The notes: generated from the letters alone by a model not told the origin. DNA of 60,000 nucleotides from an uncultured Candidatus Saccharibacteria bacterium (GCA_947253995.1 CAMYBM010000001.1:1-60000); one strand, 5' to 3'; counted from the first letter of the stretch, positions 27,823-36,923 are shown. Numbers and translations are program-made.

Positions 27823-29944
27823 TTATATCTTTATGTATACTATGCATAAGATTTTCTTGAGCAAAATTAAGCTTGGCATCGGCACGTTCTTGCTTGGCTG
27901 CTAGATTTGCACCAGTGGCAACCCCAATGGCTCGCGCTAAAACGCGTGCCGTTTTTGCCCCGCTAGGCTGCTGCTTTGCTGCCGGCTTGTCATTGTGCGG
28001 TAATTTATTCCGTAATGCAGTGAATGGTCGGCCGACTGTTTCGTAAACCCGTGACACTGCGCGCGTCGCTTTGCCTTCTCCGCTCATTAAATTGCGTTGG
28101 GTACGCAGTACCGGCGTAGCAATTCGGCGTTTCATTATATCGCGTGTGCGTTGATCGCGATTAAGAAAATTCTTTCCCATTTCACTATTGCGCGCAAATT
28201 TATCAGCGCTATTAATCATGTTACTCAGTGGTCCGCCGAGACTTTTGAAAATTGGTAACGTTATTAAGATTGGCGCAGGCGCAGTGAGAAGAGTGATAAT
28301 AAAGTTAGCGTTGCCGCTTCGGGCCAAAACATTTGGAATAAAGCGTGCTGCCGCCCATGAAGCAGTGAATGCTGGGAAAATGACAAGTAAACTAAGATAA
28401 TAAGTTAACCATTTTTTGTACCATTTTTCGGTGTTCGGTAGCAGATAGCAAGCGAAAGCAATTGGCGAAGCAATAACTAAGACAATCAAACCAACTTGGC
28501 GAAGGACTAATGCAGCTAGCGTAAGGATTGCGAAAAAGATAATTAAATGTAGCGTACAAAATGCTACTAGTATTAGTATTGGTGCGCCAAGTAGCAAGGC
28601 GGTTAAGTTTTCGGCTAAGACGTTGAGGCCCCACGGGTCACCATTGCCCATAAGCTGGTTCATAATTAGGTCATATACACCTACCCCAGCAATATTAGAT
28701 AAGTCTGCCAGTGCCGCACAAATGTAGTAGGATAAGTTCATTGCAACCGCTACTAAAATTAGGCGACTCAGTAGCTTTTTGGCGTCATAAGCCCGCAGGA
28801 CGTTGCTCGAGTTTAACATGTACACATAAAGCATCCATAGGAAGGCAATGGCTAGAGTAATATTAGCTATGGCTAAAATATTTTGCCAGGTGTTGCGAAT
28901 TATATTGTGGGGGTTATCGGTAAGGTGATTGTTCCCACTAGCATCAACTAATATGGTCCACTTTAGATAATTAGTAATTAGACCAACTGCAAAGTCGAAG
29001 GCGCTGGTTAGCACGTTAACGCCAGGACACCATAGCCAGCCAAATCCTTTGGCTGCATCACTGCACTTCTTTTGTGCAGAATTGTCTAGATTATTCAGGG
29101 TTTGATTTATCGCTTTAATGTTGTCTATGTTTAGGGTGTCGCTAAGATGATATTTTTCTTTTAGCTTGTGGTCTTTAATAACGCAGGCGTAGAGCTTTTC
29201 CTTGGTGTCATTTTTTGCGTCTGTAGCACACTGTTTAACGGCATTTGCCATATCCTCTTTACATTGCTTTACTTTTTCGACGCCTTCTTTGGTAACTTGA
29301 TTTAAGAGGGCGCAAACATTATTACTAAGATCGCCAATAAGCTCATTAGCTAGCTTGCTTGTTTTGTCATCCTTCTGACTCTCTTCTTGAGCTTTCGAAC
29401 AATCATAGTTTTCATCATCATCATCTTTCTCTTTGCAAAAACCTTTATCCAAGCAGGTGGTTTGCATGAGCGCTCTTTTACGACCGTCAATTATAGTTGA
29501 ACTATCTCCGCCTGAAAGATCAGCGCCGGCATCGTCTATTTTTTCAACTCCAATACAATCTTTTGGCTGAATTAAAGTGTAAGCATTCCTACAGAATGAT
29601 TTGTAATTGCCACTTGGGTTGCCAAGCGGTCCAACAGCATCGTTTGAACAATAATTCTTCTCAAGACAGGCATTTTTTAAGCCTTGGTTATCGCTTAAAT
29701 ATTTATCGGTACCTTCTGGTGGGTGAGGGTTTCCTGATTTTAGCGTTAGATAAACGTCAAGTTCGCGACACTTCGCGGCGAAATCGCGCACTTCTTGGGG
29801 ATATTCCGATTCGGTACCCGTAAAAGTCGGTATGTCACTGTAGTCATCAGCTCGCGCAATTAGAGGTGAAAGTATTGAGCTGCATAGTACTACTACGCTA
29901 ACCAGGATGAGTGAACGTGATGACTTAGTCAGCAGCCGCATCAC
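26969..29944 (-). CDS. VirB6/TrbL-like polytopic membrane protein, paralog 3 (A')
   Basis: Same core motifs; long Cys-rich N-terminal region; C-terminal ~280 aa nearly identical to paralog 1. Confidence 0.72.
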   Translation of the reverse strand: MMRLLTKSSRSLILVSVVVLCSSILSPLIARADDYSDIPTFTGTESEYPQEVRDFAAKCRELDVYLTLKSGNPHPPEGTDKYLSDNQGLKNACLEKNYCSNDAVGPLGNPSGNYKSFCRNAYTLIQPKDCIGVEKIDDAGADLSGGDSSTIIDGRKRALMQTTCLDKGFCKEKDDDDENYDCSKAQEESQKDDKTSKLANELIGDLSNNVCALLNQVTKEGVEKVKQCKEDMANAVKQCATDAKNDTKEKLYACVIKDHKLKEKYHLSDTLNIDNIKAINQTLNNLDNSAQKKCSDAAKGFGWLWCPGVNVLTSAFDFAVGLITNYLKWTILVDASGNNHLTDNPHNIIRNTWQNILAIANITLAIAFLWMLYVYMLNSSNVLRAYDAKKLLSRLILVAVAMNLSYYICAALADLSNIAGVGVYDLIMNQLMGNGDPWGLNVLAENLTALLLGAPILILVAFCTLHLIIFFAILTLAALVLRQVGLIVLVIASPIAFACYLLPNTEKWYKKWLTYYLSLLVIFPAFTASWAAARFIPNVLARSGNANFIITLLTAPAPILITLPIFKSLGGPLSNMINSADKFARNSEMGKNFLNRDQRTRDIMKRRIATPVLRTQRNLMSGEGKATRAVSRVYETVGRPFTALRNKLPHNDKPAAKQQPSGAKTARVLARAIGVATGANLAAKQERADAKLNFAQENLMHSIHKDITNRADAKRSKRVEAASKSYDKTFGNQTSGYHRITGINADQLNQLVSYGLGANATANKQGDDIISYSVDGNDIMRYMSLSGNNLNGAKLSSTDYSAVLDYAKDNGLLHNLSDLNTAALSVSANGDTAARQSFVDNFASSPDKGLFMTKADQKEFANGSGKFSPTNMLGTEASMTTAFNKARANYVKNMSLADYGNLDSGTRTDLVQQIIEGRDSSSLQNLRVKNDSFIKNAAELTSMGAINDTSPTTHRLTNALVHTRNIQTAFSSWSTTGKLTGGNNDLWKRVI

Positions 29945-31914
29945 TACATCCTAGTACCATTAGTTTTTAGATTACGTATGCTATTATTGATGTTTTGGTA
30001 CTCCGCTCGCTGTTCCTCGTTTGATCCAAGAATATTAACATTGATAACGTCAAGCGAGGCGTTGTTTAGCGCTTCGATATTATTGAGGGTCTTCAAGTCT
30101 CTACCTATGTTGCCAGCTTGCTGTGCCATATACATACGGTGGTTGTTACTTTGCCAAGCATTTAAGTTATTGTTTTTGACCATATCGCCAATATTCTTTG
30201 CGATAGATTGAGTCAAGGCATTTTGTGCACCCGATAGACCGGAAACTCCCTTCCACTCGTCCGTGCCCTTAACGAAGTGCTCAATTCCATTGCTGCCAAG
30301 TACATCTTGAGCGTATTTAGTATTACTAGCTGCATTCAGGACTTGTTGGTTACCATTTTGTCGAGCAGATGACAGAACCTTGAGCATGTCATCATTGCTC
30401 AGCTTGCCCTCTTTATCAGCATAAGAAATAGCGGCGGCTTGATGATAAGCATCGGCGTATTTTTCGCCAGTGGCAATTCTAATTACTTCACTCATATCTG
30501 TATCTTTTAGATCGCCAGTAGCGTTATTAAGTTTTTTGCCAATATAGCCAGCGTTAATGGTATTTGTGGCGGCTTGCATAGACTCGTCGTATTCGGCCTT
30601 GCTAATATCCTCTTTCGCCGCAAGGCGTGTGCCGTTAATTCGGCTGATAATATTAGCTCCGGCTTTGGCAGTTTTACTGCCCTTATTTTGTAAGTTATTT
30701 TGCAAGTTAATACTGGCCCGCGACATACGCTGGGCGGCGAGTTCGCGCCGTTGCTGGCTTCGGTCCCTTAACCATTTACCGCCACTACTGTTGTTGATAA
30801 AATTGCTTGATTTGCTAGTCACACTCCCCATTATCCCGCCAGCGGCTTGAAAAATTGGAACGATCATGAGCGGCGGCGCCAGGGCCGTTAGAGTTGCAGG
30901 AATGCTAAATGCGTTAATTTCACTACCGGCAATAACGTATCCGACTAGACGTGATGCAGCCCAGGCTGCCGTAAACATTGGAAAAACTAGCAAGAGACGG
31001 AAGAACCAATCAAACCATTTATGAAACCATTTTTCGGTATTTGGCAATAGGTAGCAAGCAAAGGCGAGCGGTGAGGCAATTACTAAAACAAGCAATGCAA
31101 CATTGCGCACCATAATGGCAATTAATATAACCATGATAGCAATAGCAATTGCTCCAGCGTGGAATAGCGCAATGGTGGCAATGCCGATGCCCTTCATCAA
31201 ACTGAAAACACTGCCTAAAACAACAGAGTACCAAGCTTCTGACTCCATGCCGATCTGGCTCATGATGAGGTCATATACCCCTACCCCAGCAATATTGGAT
31301 AGGTCCACTAGAGCGCCGCAAATGTAGTAGGATAAGTTCATTGCGACCGCTACTAAAATTAGGCGGCTCAGTAGCTTTTTGGCGTCATAAGCTTGTAAGA
31401 CGTTACCTGAATTTAACGCGTACATATAAAGCATCCACAAAAAAGCAATGGCCAAAGTAATGTTGGCGACAGCTAGAATATCTTGCCAAGTTTTTTTCGT
31501 TGCTTTACCGGCATTATTTGATGTATCGGCAATAATTGTCCATTTGAGCGCATTAGCAATCCAAGATGTCATACCGTCAATTGCTCGAGTCAAGATGTCC
31601 AACCCTGAACATACCGCCCAACCAAAGTTAAACGAGCCCTCGCGGCATTTAGTTTTGTCTTGGGTTTTCTTGCGCTCGTTTACGCCCTTACCGTCATCGC
31701 TGATATCTTCGCTGTTTTTTGCTTGTGGGTCGGCAGCAGGTTCGAGATCATTAGCTTCAATTGCAACTTGCTTATAGTTTAGAACATTGCCATGGTTAAC
31801 GGCTTGCGCCGCTGGCGCTAATCCGATCGCTGCTATTGCGATACAAAACATAAACAAATATCCCCACCGTCGCATCCTACTTAATATTCTAGCATTAAAT
31901 ACGTGTTTTAACAT
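29944..31914 (-). CDS. VirB6/TrbL-like polytopic membrane protein, paralog 2 (B)
   Basis: Same core motifs; N-terminus MLKHVFNARI shared with paralog 4; C-terminal QAAAIS.AD region homologous to paralog 4. Start probably ATG 31914. Confidence 0.72.
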   Translation of the reverse strand: MLKHVFNARILSRMRRWGYLFMFCIAIAAIGLAPAAQAVNHGNVLNYKQVAIEANDLEPAADPQAKNSEDISDDGKGVNERKKTQDKTKCREGSFNFGWAVCSGLDILTRAIDGMTSWIANALKWTIIADTSNNAGKATKKTWQDILAVANITLAIAFLWMLYMYALNSGNVLQAYDAKKLLSRLILVAVAMNLSYYICGALVDLSNIAGVGVYDLIMSQIGMESEAWYSVVLGSVFSLMKGIGIATIALFHAGAIAIAIMVILIAIMVRNVALLVLVIASPLAFACYLLPNTEKWFHKWFDWFFRLLLVFPMFTAAWAASRLVGYVIAGSEINAFSIPATLTALAPPLMIVPIFQAAGGIMGSVTSKSSNFINNSSGGKWLRDRSQQRRELAAQRMSRASINLQNNLQNKGSKTAKAGANIISRINGTRLAAKEDISKAEYDESMQAATNTINAGYIGKKLNNATGDLKDTDMSEVIRIATGEKYADAYHQAAAISYADKEGKLSNDDMLKVLSSARQNGNQQVLNAASNTKYAQDVLGSNGIEHFVKGTDEWKGVSGLSGAQNALTQSIAKNIGDMVKNNNLNAWQSNNHRMYMAQQAGNIGRDLKTLNNIEALNNASLDVINVNILGSNEEQRAEYQNINNSIRNLKTNGTRM

Positions 31915-32770
31915 TACTATATTACCCTTTTCCACAGATCATTATCTTCGCCTGTTAGTTTACCAGTTGCACTCCAGCTCTTAAAAGCAGTTTGGATGTT
32001 GCGCGCATGTACTAGCGCATTAGTCAATCTATGAGTTGTTGGTGAAGTGTCATTGATCGCTCCCATACTAGTTAGCTCAGCAGCATTTTCAATAAAACTA
32101 TCATTCTTTACTCTCAGATTCTGTAGACTACTAGAATCACGTCCTTCAATGATCTGCTGCACTAAGTCTGTTCGCGTACCGCTATCTAGGTTGCCGTAAT
32201 CCGCTAAGCTCATATTTTTAACATAGTTGGCACGTGCCTTATTGAATGCAGTAGTCATACTCGCCTCTGTGCCTAGCATGTTAGTCGGACTAAACTTGCC
32301 GGAGCCATTGGCAAACTCCTTTTGGTCAGCTTTAGTCATAAACAGTCCCTTGTCTGGTGAGCTAGCAAAGTTATCTACAAAGCTTTGACGTGCTGCCGTA
32401 TCGCCATTGGCGCTAACACTTAAGGCTGCTGTATTAAGATCAGATAGATTGTGTAATAGTCCATTATCCTTAGCATAGTCTAATACTGCACTGTAATCAG
32501 TCGAACTAAGCTTGGCACCGTTGAGGTTGTTACCACTAAGTGACATATAGCGCATGATATCGTTGCCGTCTACAGAGTAGCTGATAGTGTCGTCATCCTG
32601 TTTGTGGGCTGTAGCATTGGCTCCTAAGCCATAGCTAGTTAATTGATTTAACTGATCAGCATTAATACCAGTTATTCTATTGTAGCCATTAGTCTGATTG
32701 CCAAAGGTCTCATTGTAGCTCTTACTAGCGGCTTCGACTCGCTTGTTACGCTTGGCGTTGGCGCGGTTAG
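31886..32770 (+). repeat. Long direct repeat, copy 2 (~885 bp)
   Basis: See copy 1; identical core at 32091-32525. Confidence 0.95.
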
Positions 32771-34172
32771 ACCAGTTGCTCCGTAAATTTTTATCAGCTT
32801 TTTGTTGAGCAGCCTGAAGACTAGATGATGCCATAGCGCTCTGCGCTTGTAATCGTGTACCAGTAGCAACGCCCATTGCCTTACCGGCAAACCTAGCGAA
32901 CTTGTTTGTGCTGGCAGAATTTTTGTTCTGGAAGTTAAGTGCTTTGTTGTGTAGTTGGCTAGTATATGGTTGCCGTCGTGCGCGGTCGTTCTTTCTAGCC
33001 ATCTTATCGAGTGGCTTGGTCATTTTATCGGCTTGGTTGGTCATAAGACTCATCAAACCGCCAGCCATCTTAAAGATTGGTATAACTATGAAAACCGGTG
33101 CTGCTAATATAATTGGCACCATAATAGCAAAAATTCCGCCCATATCATAAAGAATTGGCGCTAGTATCTGTGTTGCCCCAGCTGTGGCGGTAAAGAATGG
33201 AAAAACTAAAAGTAGCTTGATGTACCAATCTAGCCATTGTTTGTACCACTTTTCAGTATTTGGCAGCAGATAACAAGCAAAGGCTAGTGGCGAGACGATA
33301 ATTAGCATAAGTAACGCCGCTTGACGTAGTGAGATTAAGGTTAAGACCAATAAGATAAGCTTAAAAGCGAGGCTAAAATTCAATAAAGCAATAATCAGCG
33401 TGCCAATTGTTGCTACAGAAGATAGCATGATGGCAAAAAAGATGTTGCGGCCAAAAATATCGCCGTTCGCGGATTGCCCTAGGAGATCGTATATGCCGAC
33501 GCCGGCAATGTTTGAGAGGTCGGCTAACGCTCCGCAAATGTAGTAGGATAGGTTAATTGCAACTGCTACTAAAATTAGGCGGCTCAGTAGCTTTTTAGCA
33601 TCGTAGGCACGCAAAGCATTGCCTGTATTGAGTGTATACATACATAACACTACTATAAAGGCGATTGCGAGCGTAACATTAGCGATTGCAAGAATGTTAA
33701 GCCACGCCTTTTGCGCTTCGGTATTGTTCACCAGTATGGTCCACTTTAAGCTGTCGCTCACCATATGAATAACATTATCGTAGCCTGTTACGATCATGTT
33801 GAATAGCGGACAAAGAAAGAACCCCACAATTTGCCCAGTCTGCTTGGTGCAAGGTCTGCCGAATTTTTTGTCCAAATCTTCATCTTTTTCTTTTTTATCA
33901 TCTTTTGATTTAGATTTGTCTGAACTATCACTAGTAGAGTTTTCTGATTTAGCTTGGTTCGAACTAGCGTTAGTAAACTTTTCATGATTGTAATCATAAG
34001 GATGTACTCTGCGGTTAATCGGCATGCCACTTTCCTTAGATCTAGGTTCAGCTGGTTTGGGATCGCCACGGGTAGCATATAGAGTGTTGGTAAACGGCGC
34101 ACTAAAGAGATTCAAAAGTATTACTAGGGTAATTAGTAGATAATAACTCGTGAACTTTCTTTTTGATTGCAT
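31917..34172 (-). CDS. VirB6/TrbL-like polytopic membrane protein, paralog 1 (A)
   Basis: Signal peptide, charged linker, GFFLCP..LKWTIL, RAYDAKKLLSRLILVAVAINLSYYIC, SPLAFACYLLPNTEKWY. Confidence 0.72.
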   Translation of the reverse strand: MQSKRKFTSYYLLITLVILLNLFSAPFTNTLYATRGDPKPAEPRSKESGMPINRRVHPYDYNHEKFTNASSNQAKSENSTSDSSDKSKSKDDKKEKDEDLDKKFGRPCTKQTGQIVGFFLCPLFNMIVTGYDNVIHMVSDSLKWTILVNNTEAQKAWLNILAIANVTLAIAFIVVLCMYTLNTGNALRAYDAKKLLSRLILVAVAINLSYYICGALADLSNIAGVGIYDLLGQSANGDIFGRNIFFAIMLSSVATIGTLIIALLNFSLAFKLILLVLTLISLRQAALLMLIIVSPLAFACYLLPNTEKWYKQWLDWYIKLLLVFPFFTATAGATQILAPILYDMGGIFAIMVPIILAAPVFIVIPIFKMAGGLMSLMTNQADKMTKPLDKMARKNDRARRQPYTSQLHNKALNFQNKNSASTNKFARFAGKAMGVATGTRLQAQSAMASSSLQAAQQKADKNLRSNWSNRANAKRNKRVEAASKSYNETFGNQTNGYNRITGINADQLNQLTSYGLGANATAHKQDDDTISYSVDGNDIMRYMSLSGNNLNGAKLSSTDYSAVLDYAKDNGLLHNLSDLNTAALSVSANGDTAARQSFVDNFASSPDKGLFMTKADQKEFANGSGKFSPTNMLGTEASMTTAFNKARANYVKNMSLADYGNLDSGTRTDLVQQIIEGRDSSSLQNLRVKNDSFIENAAELTSMGAINDTSPTTHRLTNALVHARNIQTAFKSWSATGKLTGEDNDLWKRVI

Positions 34173-34247
34173 AATAATAAGCGTTTTAGTATATATATTA
34201 TACTAAAATACAGTAGAAATATTTTCAATATGATATATAATATAGCT
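34173..34247. promoter_or_regulatory. Divergent promoter region between the VirB6-like and pilin arrays, with palindromic operator candidate
   Basis: TATAAT hexamers on both strands; TTTTAGTATA-N5-TATACTAAAA at 34184-34208. Confidence 0.6.
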
Positions 34248-34811
34248 ATGCCTAGACGCCACTTAGTTGAGCTTTGTACCATCTACACTCTCAGTGTAGC
34301 TTTAGCATTTTTTGGTGTCACGCTAGTTGTGCCGTCTTTGACTGCAGCGGCTTCTGATGCTAATTTTGCACCAGCCGTCGCTAGACTTGTTCCTGGCGCT
34401 TACGATGACGGTAGAACATACGAAACTGACAAAAAGGACGACAAAAAATCCGACGACGAAAAATCCGACGACAAAAAAGATGAGGGCGGCGGTCATGTTG
34501 GTGTCAATATCGATGATGATAGTCAACCATGCAAAATTAAAACTATGTTTGATTGGGGGTGTAAAAAAAGTAGCAAACAGCCATTGTTAGCGGTAGTATC
34601 GAGCATACTAAAGTGGTTAGCTGCCGGTATGACGGTAATTGTAGTGCTAGCAATATCTTATGCAGGTTATTTGTATATTGCTAGTGGTGACAGTAAAGAT
34701 AAATCGGCGTTGGCAAAGAAAATTATTCGCAACGCAATTACTGCATTAATCGCCTATTTCTTTATGTATGCAATTTTGAATTTTATCGTTCCAGGAGGAT
34801 TATTCGGCTGA
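34248..34811 (+). CDS. VirB2/TrbC-like T4SS pilin 1 (extended N-terminus)
   Basis: Signal peptide; TM-(SYAGYLYIASGD...AKKIIRNAITAL)-TM pilin pattern. Start moved to ATG 34248, downstream of TATAAT. Confidence 0.72.
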   Translation: MPRRHLVELCTIYTLSVALAFFGVTLVVPSLTAAASDANFAPAVARLVPGAYDDGRTYETDKKDDKKSDDEKSDDKKDEGGGHVGVNIDDDSQPCKIKTMFDWGCKKSSKQPLLAVVSSILKWLAAGMTVIVVLAISYAGYLYIASGDSKDKSALAKKIIRNAITALIAYFFMYAILNFIVPGGLFG

Positions 34812-35257
34812 TGATGTTAAAGAAGATTTCGCGCAAGTGTTCTGCCCTGCTCATCGCGTTGACAATTGTGTTGTCTAGTTTAATGTTACCGTTGACTACT
34901 GCTAGCGTTTCCTTTGCTGGAGATGGAGGTTGCGGCGGCGATGCTATGTTAGGCATGCCATTGTGGCATCGTGGGCTAACTTGTGAGAACGGTGCCGTCA
35001 AACTCGAAGGAACCAAGATTGGAACAGTTGCCTTCATTATCGTGCTTAATGTTATCGATATGATACTGCGTTTGGCTGGTATCGCAGCGGTAATACGTAT
35101 AATTTATGGTGGTATTAAGTATATTCTTGCTGGATATAATGCTAATCAGGCAGCGGTATCGGCAGCCAAAACAATTATTATTACTAGTATCTGTGGTCTA
35201 GTTATTGTAATTGCGGCAGCATCGATTGTTACCTTCGTGGTTGGAGGATTAAAGTGA
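34811..35257 (+). CDS. VirB2/TrbC-like T4SS pilin 2
   Basis: IIYGGIKYILAG...AAKTIIITSICGLVIVI.A..IV.FV. Confidence 0.75.
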   Translation: MMLKKISRKCSALLIALTIVLSSLMLPLTTASVSFAGDGGCGGDAMLGMPLWHRGLTCENGAVKLEGTKIGTVAFIIVLNVIDMILRLAGIAAVIRIIYGGIKYILAGYNANQAAVSAAKTIIITSICGLVIVIAAASIVTFVVGGLK

Positions 35258-35562
35258 AACACCCTGCTCTAGCGGTCAGTATTAAAAATTGCGAGGGTTG
35301 TTCGGATATTGGCATCCCAACTAAGGGAGGTGATAACTTGCTAACCTCAATAATTACCAGCTTACTTTTCATCGTTGGTTTATTGGCGGTATCGGCTATT
35401 GTTGTGTGCGGCATTCGTTTGATTACCTCCGACGGTGATGTGTCTAAGGTTAAGTCAGCCAAAGCTGGTATTGGCTATGCTATCCTGGGTTTGATTATTG
35501 CTATGACGGCTTACACTATCGTTAATTTTGTCATAGGGGGTGCTAGTGGTAAAACTAATTAG
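35254..35562 (+). CDS. VirB2/TrbC-like T4SS pilin 3 (no evident signal peptide)
   Basis: GIRLITSDGDVSKVKSAKAGIGYAILGLIIAMTAYTIVNFV. Confidence 0.78.
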   Translation: MKHPALAVSIKNCEGCSDIGIPTKGGDNLLTSIITSLLFIVGLLAVSAIVVCGIRLITSDGDVSKVKSAKAGIGYAILGLIIAMTAYTIVNFVIGGASGKTN

Positions 35563-35974
35563 GTATGCGGCACAAGCTATTATAGTGGCAGCTATTTTAG
35601 CAGTTAATTGTGTCTCGGTAGTAGGTGCGGCAAGCGATGCGGCAAGTGACTGTGCTGCTAACCCCAGTGCTACGGGTTGTCCATGTGCCGAGAATTCTTC
35701 GGCCGCCATCTGCAGTGATTTAGAAAAGACTGGCGGTAATGCTAATTCTAGCCTGGCCGATATGGCTACAAACTACATTAAAGTTGCATTGTTCATTGCC
35801 GGCGTATTGGCTGTTCTTGCAATCATTTATGCAGGTATTAGTTATGTTACAGCAGGTGGTGAAACTGCCAAAATCACTAAGGCGCAAACTATCTTGCTGT
35901 ATGCTGTCATTGGCCTGGTCGTATCTATTTGCGCGTACGCCATTGTGGATTTTGTGGTTGGCAAATTTAAGTAG
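35540..35974 (+). CDS. VirB2/TrbC-like T4SS pilin 4
   Basis: IIYAGISYVTAGGETAKITKAQTILLYAVIGLVV; Cys-rich N-terminal segment. Start may be GTG 35546. Confidence 0.78.
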   Translation: MLVVKLIRYAAQAIIVAAILAVNCVSVVGAASDAASDCAANPSATGCPCAENSSAAICSDLEKTGGNANSSLADMATNYIKVALFIAGVLAVLAIIYAGISYVTAGGETAKITKAQTILLYAVIGLVVSICAYAIVDFVVGKFK

Positions 35975-35989
35975 TAATAGGAGGAACTA

Positions 35990-36406
35990 ATGAAACAGCG
36001 AACCAATATATTGAGCAAACTAACTGGCATTGCTGGCGCAGCCTTGCTTTTCGCGCCACACGCTTTTGCTGGTGCTGTTGATAGTATCCAAGGTGGCGTA
36101 GAAAAAACCAGCTCGGCGGCGCAATCAACTGACATGTCAAATGTTATCAGTATTATTACAAATACACTGCTATTTATTGTTGGTGTATTGGCAGTGATCA
36201 TGATCATTTATGCCGGTATTCGCTACGTTACTGCGCATGGTGATGCCAGTCAGATTAAGTCGGCGCAAAATACTTTAATTTATGCCGTTGTCGGTTTAGT
36301 AGTTGCTATTGTAGCTTATGCCATTGTCAGTTGGGTACTTAGCGTGTTTGGCGGTGGCGGCGGTAGCGGTAGCGGTAGCGGCGGCGGTAGCCCTGCAGGC
36401 GAATAA
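35990..36406 (+). CDS. VirB2/TrbC-like T4SS pilin 5
   Basis: Signal peptide AFA; IIYAGIRYVTAHGDASQIKSAQNTLIYAVVGLVV; SD AGGAGG; Gly/Ser tail. Confidence 0.82.
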   Translation: MKQRTNILSKLTGIAGAALLFAPHAFAGAVDSIQGGVEKTSSAAQSTDMSNVISIITNTLLFIVGVLAVIMIIYAGIRYVTAHGDASQIKSAQNTLIYAVVGLVVAIVAYAIVSWVLSVFGGGGGSGSGSGGGSPAGE

Positions 36407-36486
36407 AATTAAAGCAATTTTGTTGTTGCAAAACAACAGATGTATTGTATAATAAGATCTGAAGACAACTAAAGGAGGACCTCTAG

Positions 36487-36921
36487 ATGAAAAAAATACT
36501 AAACAAACTGACTATGGGTATCGCTACTCTGTCACTTGCAGCTGCCGTGTTAGTACCGGTTACTACACCAGCATTTGCTAGTAGCGATTGCGCACCTAAT
36601 GAAGGTTTGAGTGGCGCAGTTAATACAGGCTGTTCACAAGGTAAGGGTCAAGCTACTAACTTATTTGGTGATGGTAGCGTTGTGACAACCATTATCAACA
36701 CCATGCTATTTATTACTGGCTTGCTATCAGTGATCATGATTATTTATGCCGGTATTCGTTATGTCACTGCTCATGGTGATACCAGCCAAGTTAAGTCAGC
36801 GCAAAACACTTTGATTTACGCTATTGTTGGCTTGGTAGTTTCAATTGTTGCGTATGCAGTTGTGTCATGGGTGTCTGGTCTATGGGGCGCCGATGGCGGT
36901 GGCGCTGGAGCCGGTAAATAA
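36487..36921 (+). CDS. VirB2/TrbC-like T4SS pilin 6
   Basis: Signal peptide AFA; IIYAGIRYVTAHGDTSQVKSAQNTLIYAIVGLVV; SD AAAGGAGG and its own promoter-like sequence. Confidence 0.82.
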   Translation: MKKILNKLTMGIATLSLAAAVLVPVTTPAFASSDCAPNEGLSGAVNTGCSQGKGQATNLFGDGSVVTTIINTMLFITGLLSVIMIIYAGIRYVTAHGDTSQVKSAQNTLIYAIVGLVVSIVAYAVVSWVSGLWGADGGGAGAGK

Positions 36922-36923
36922 TA

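Noticed and set aside
26938..32770. Diversity-generating retroelement (TR/VR pair) as the explanation of the long repeat
   Set aside because: Mismatches run in both directions and are not adenine-specific, the repeat is far longer than a TR, and no reverse transcriptase is present in the window.
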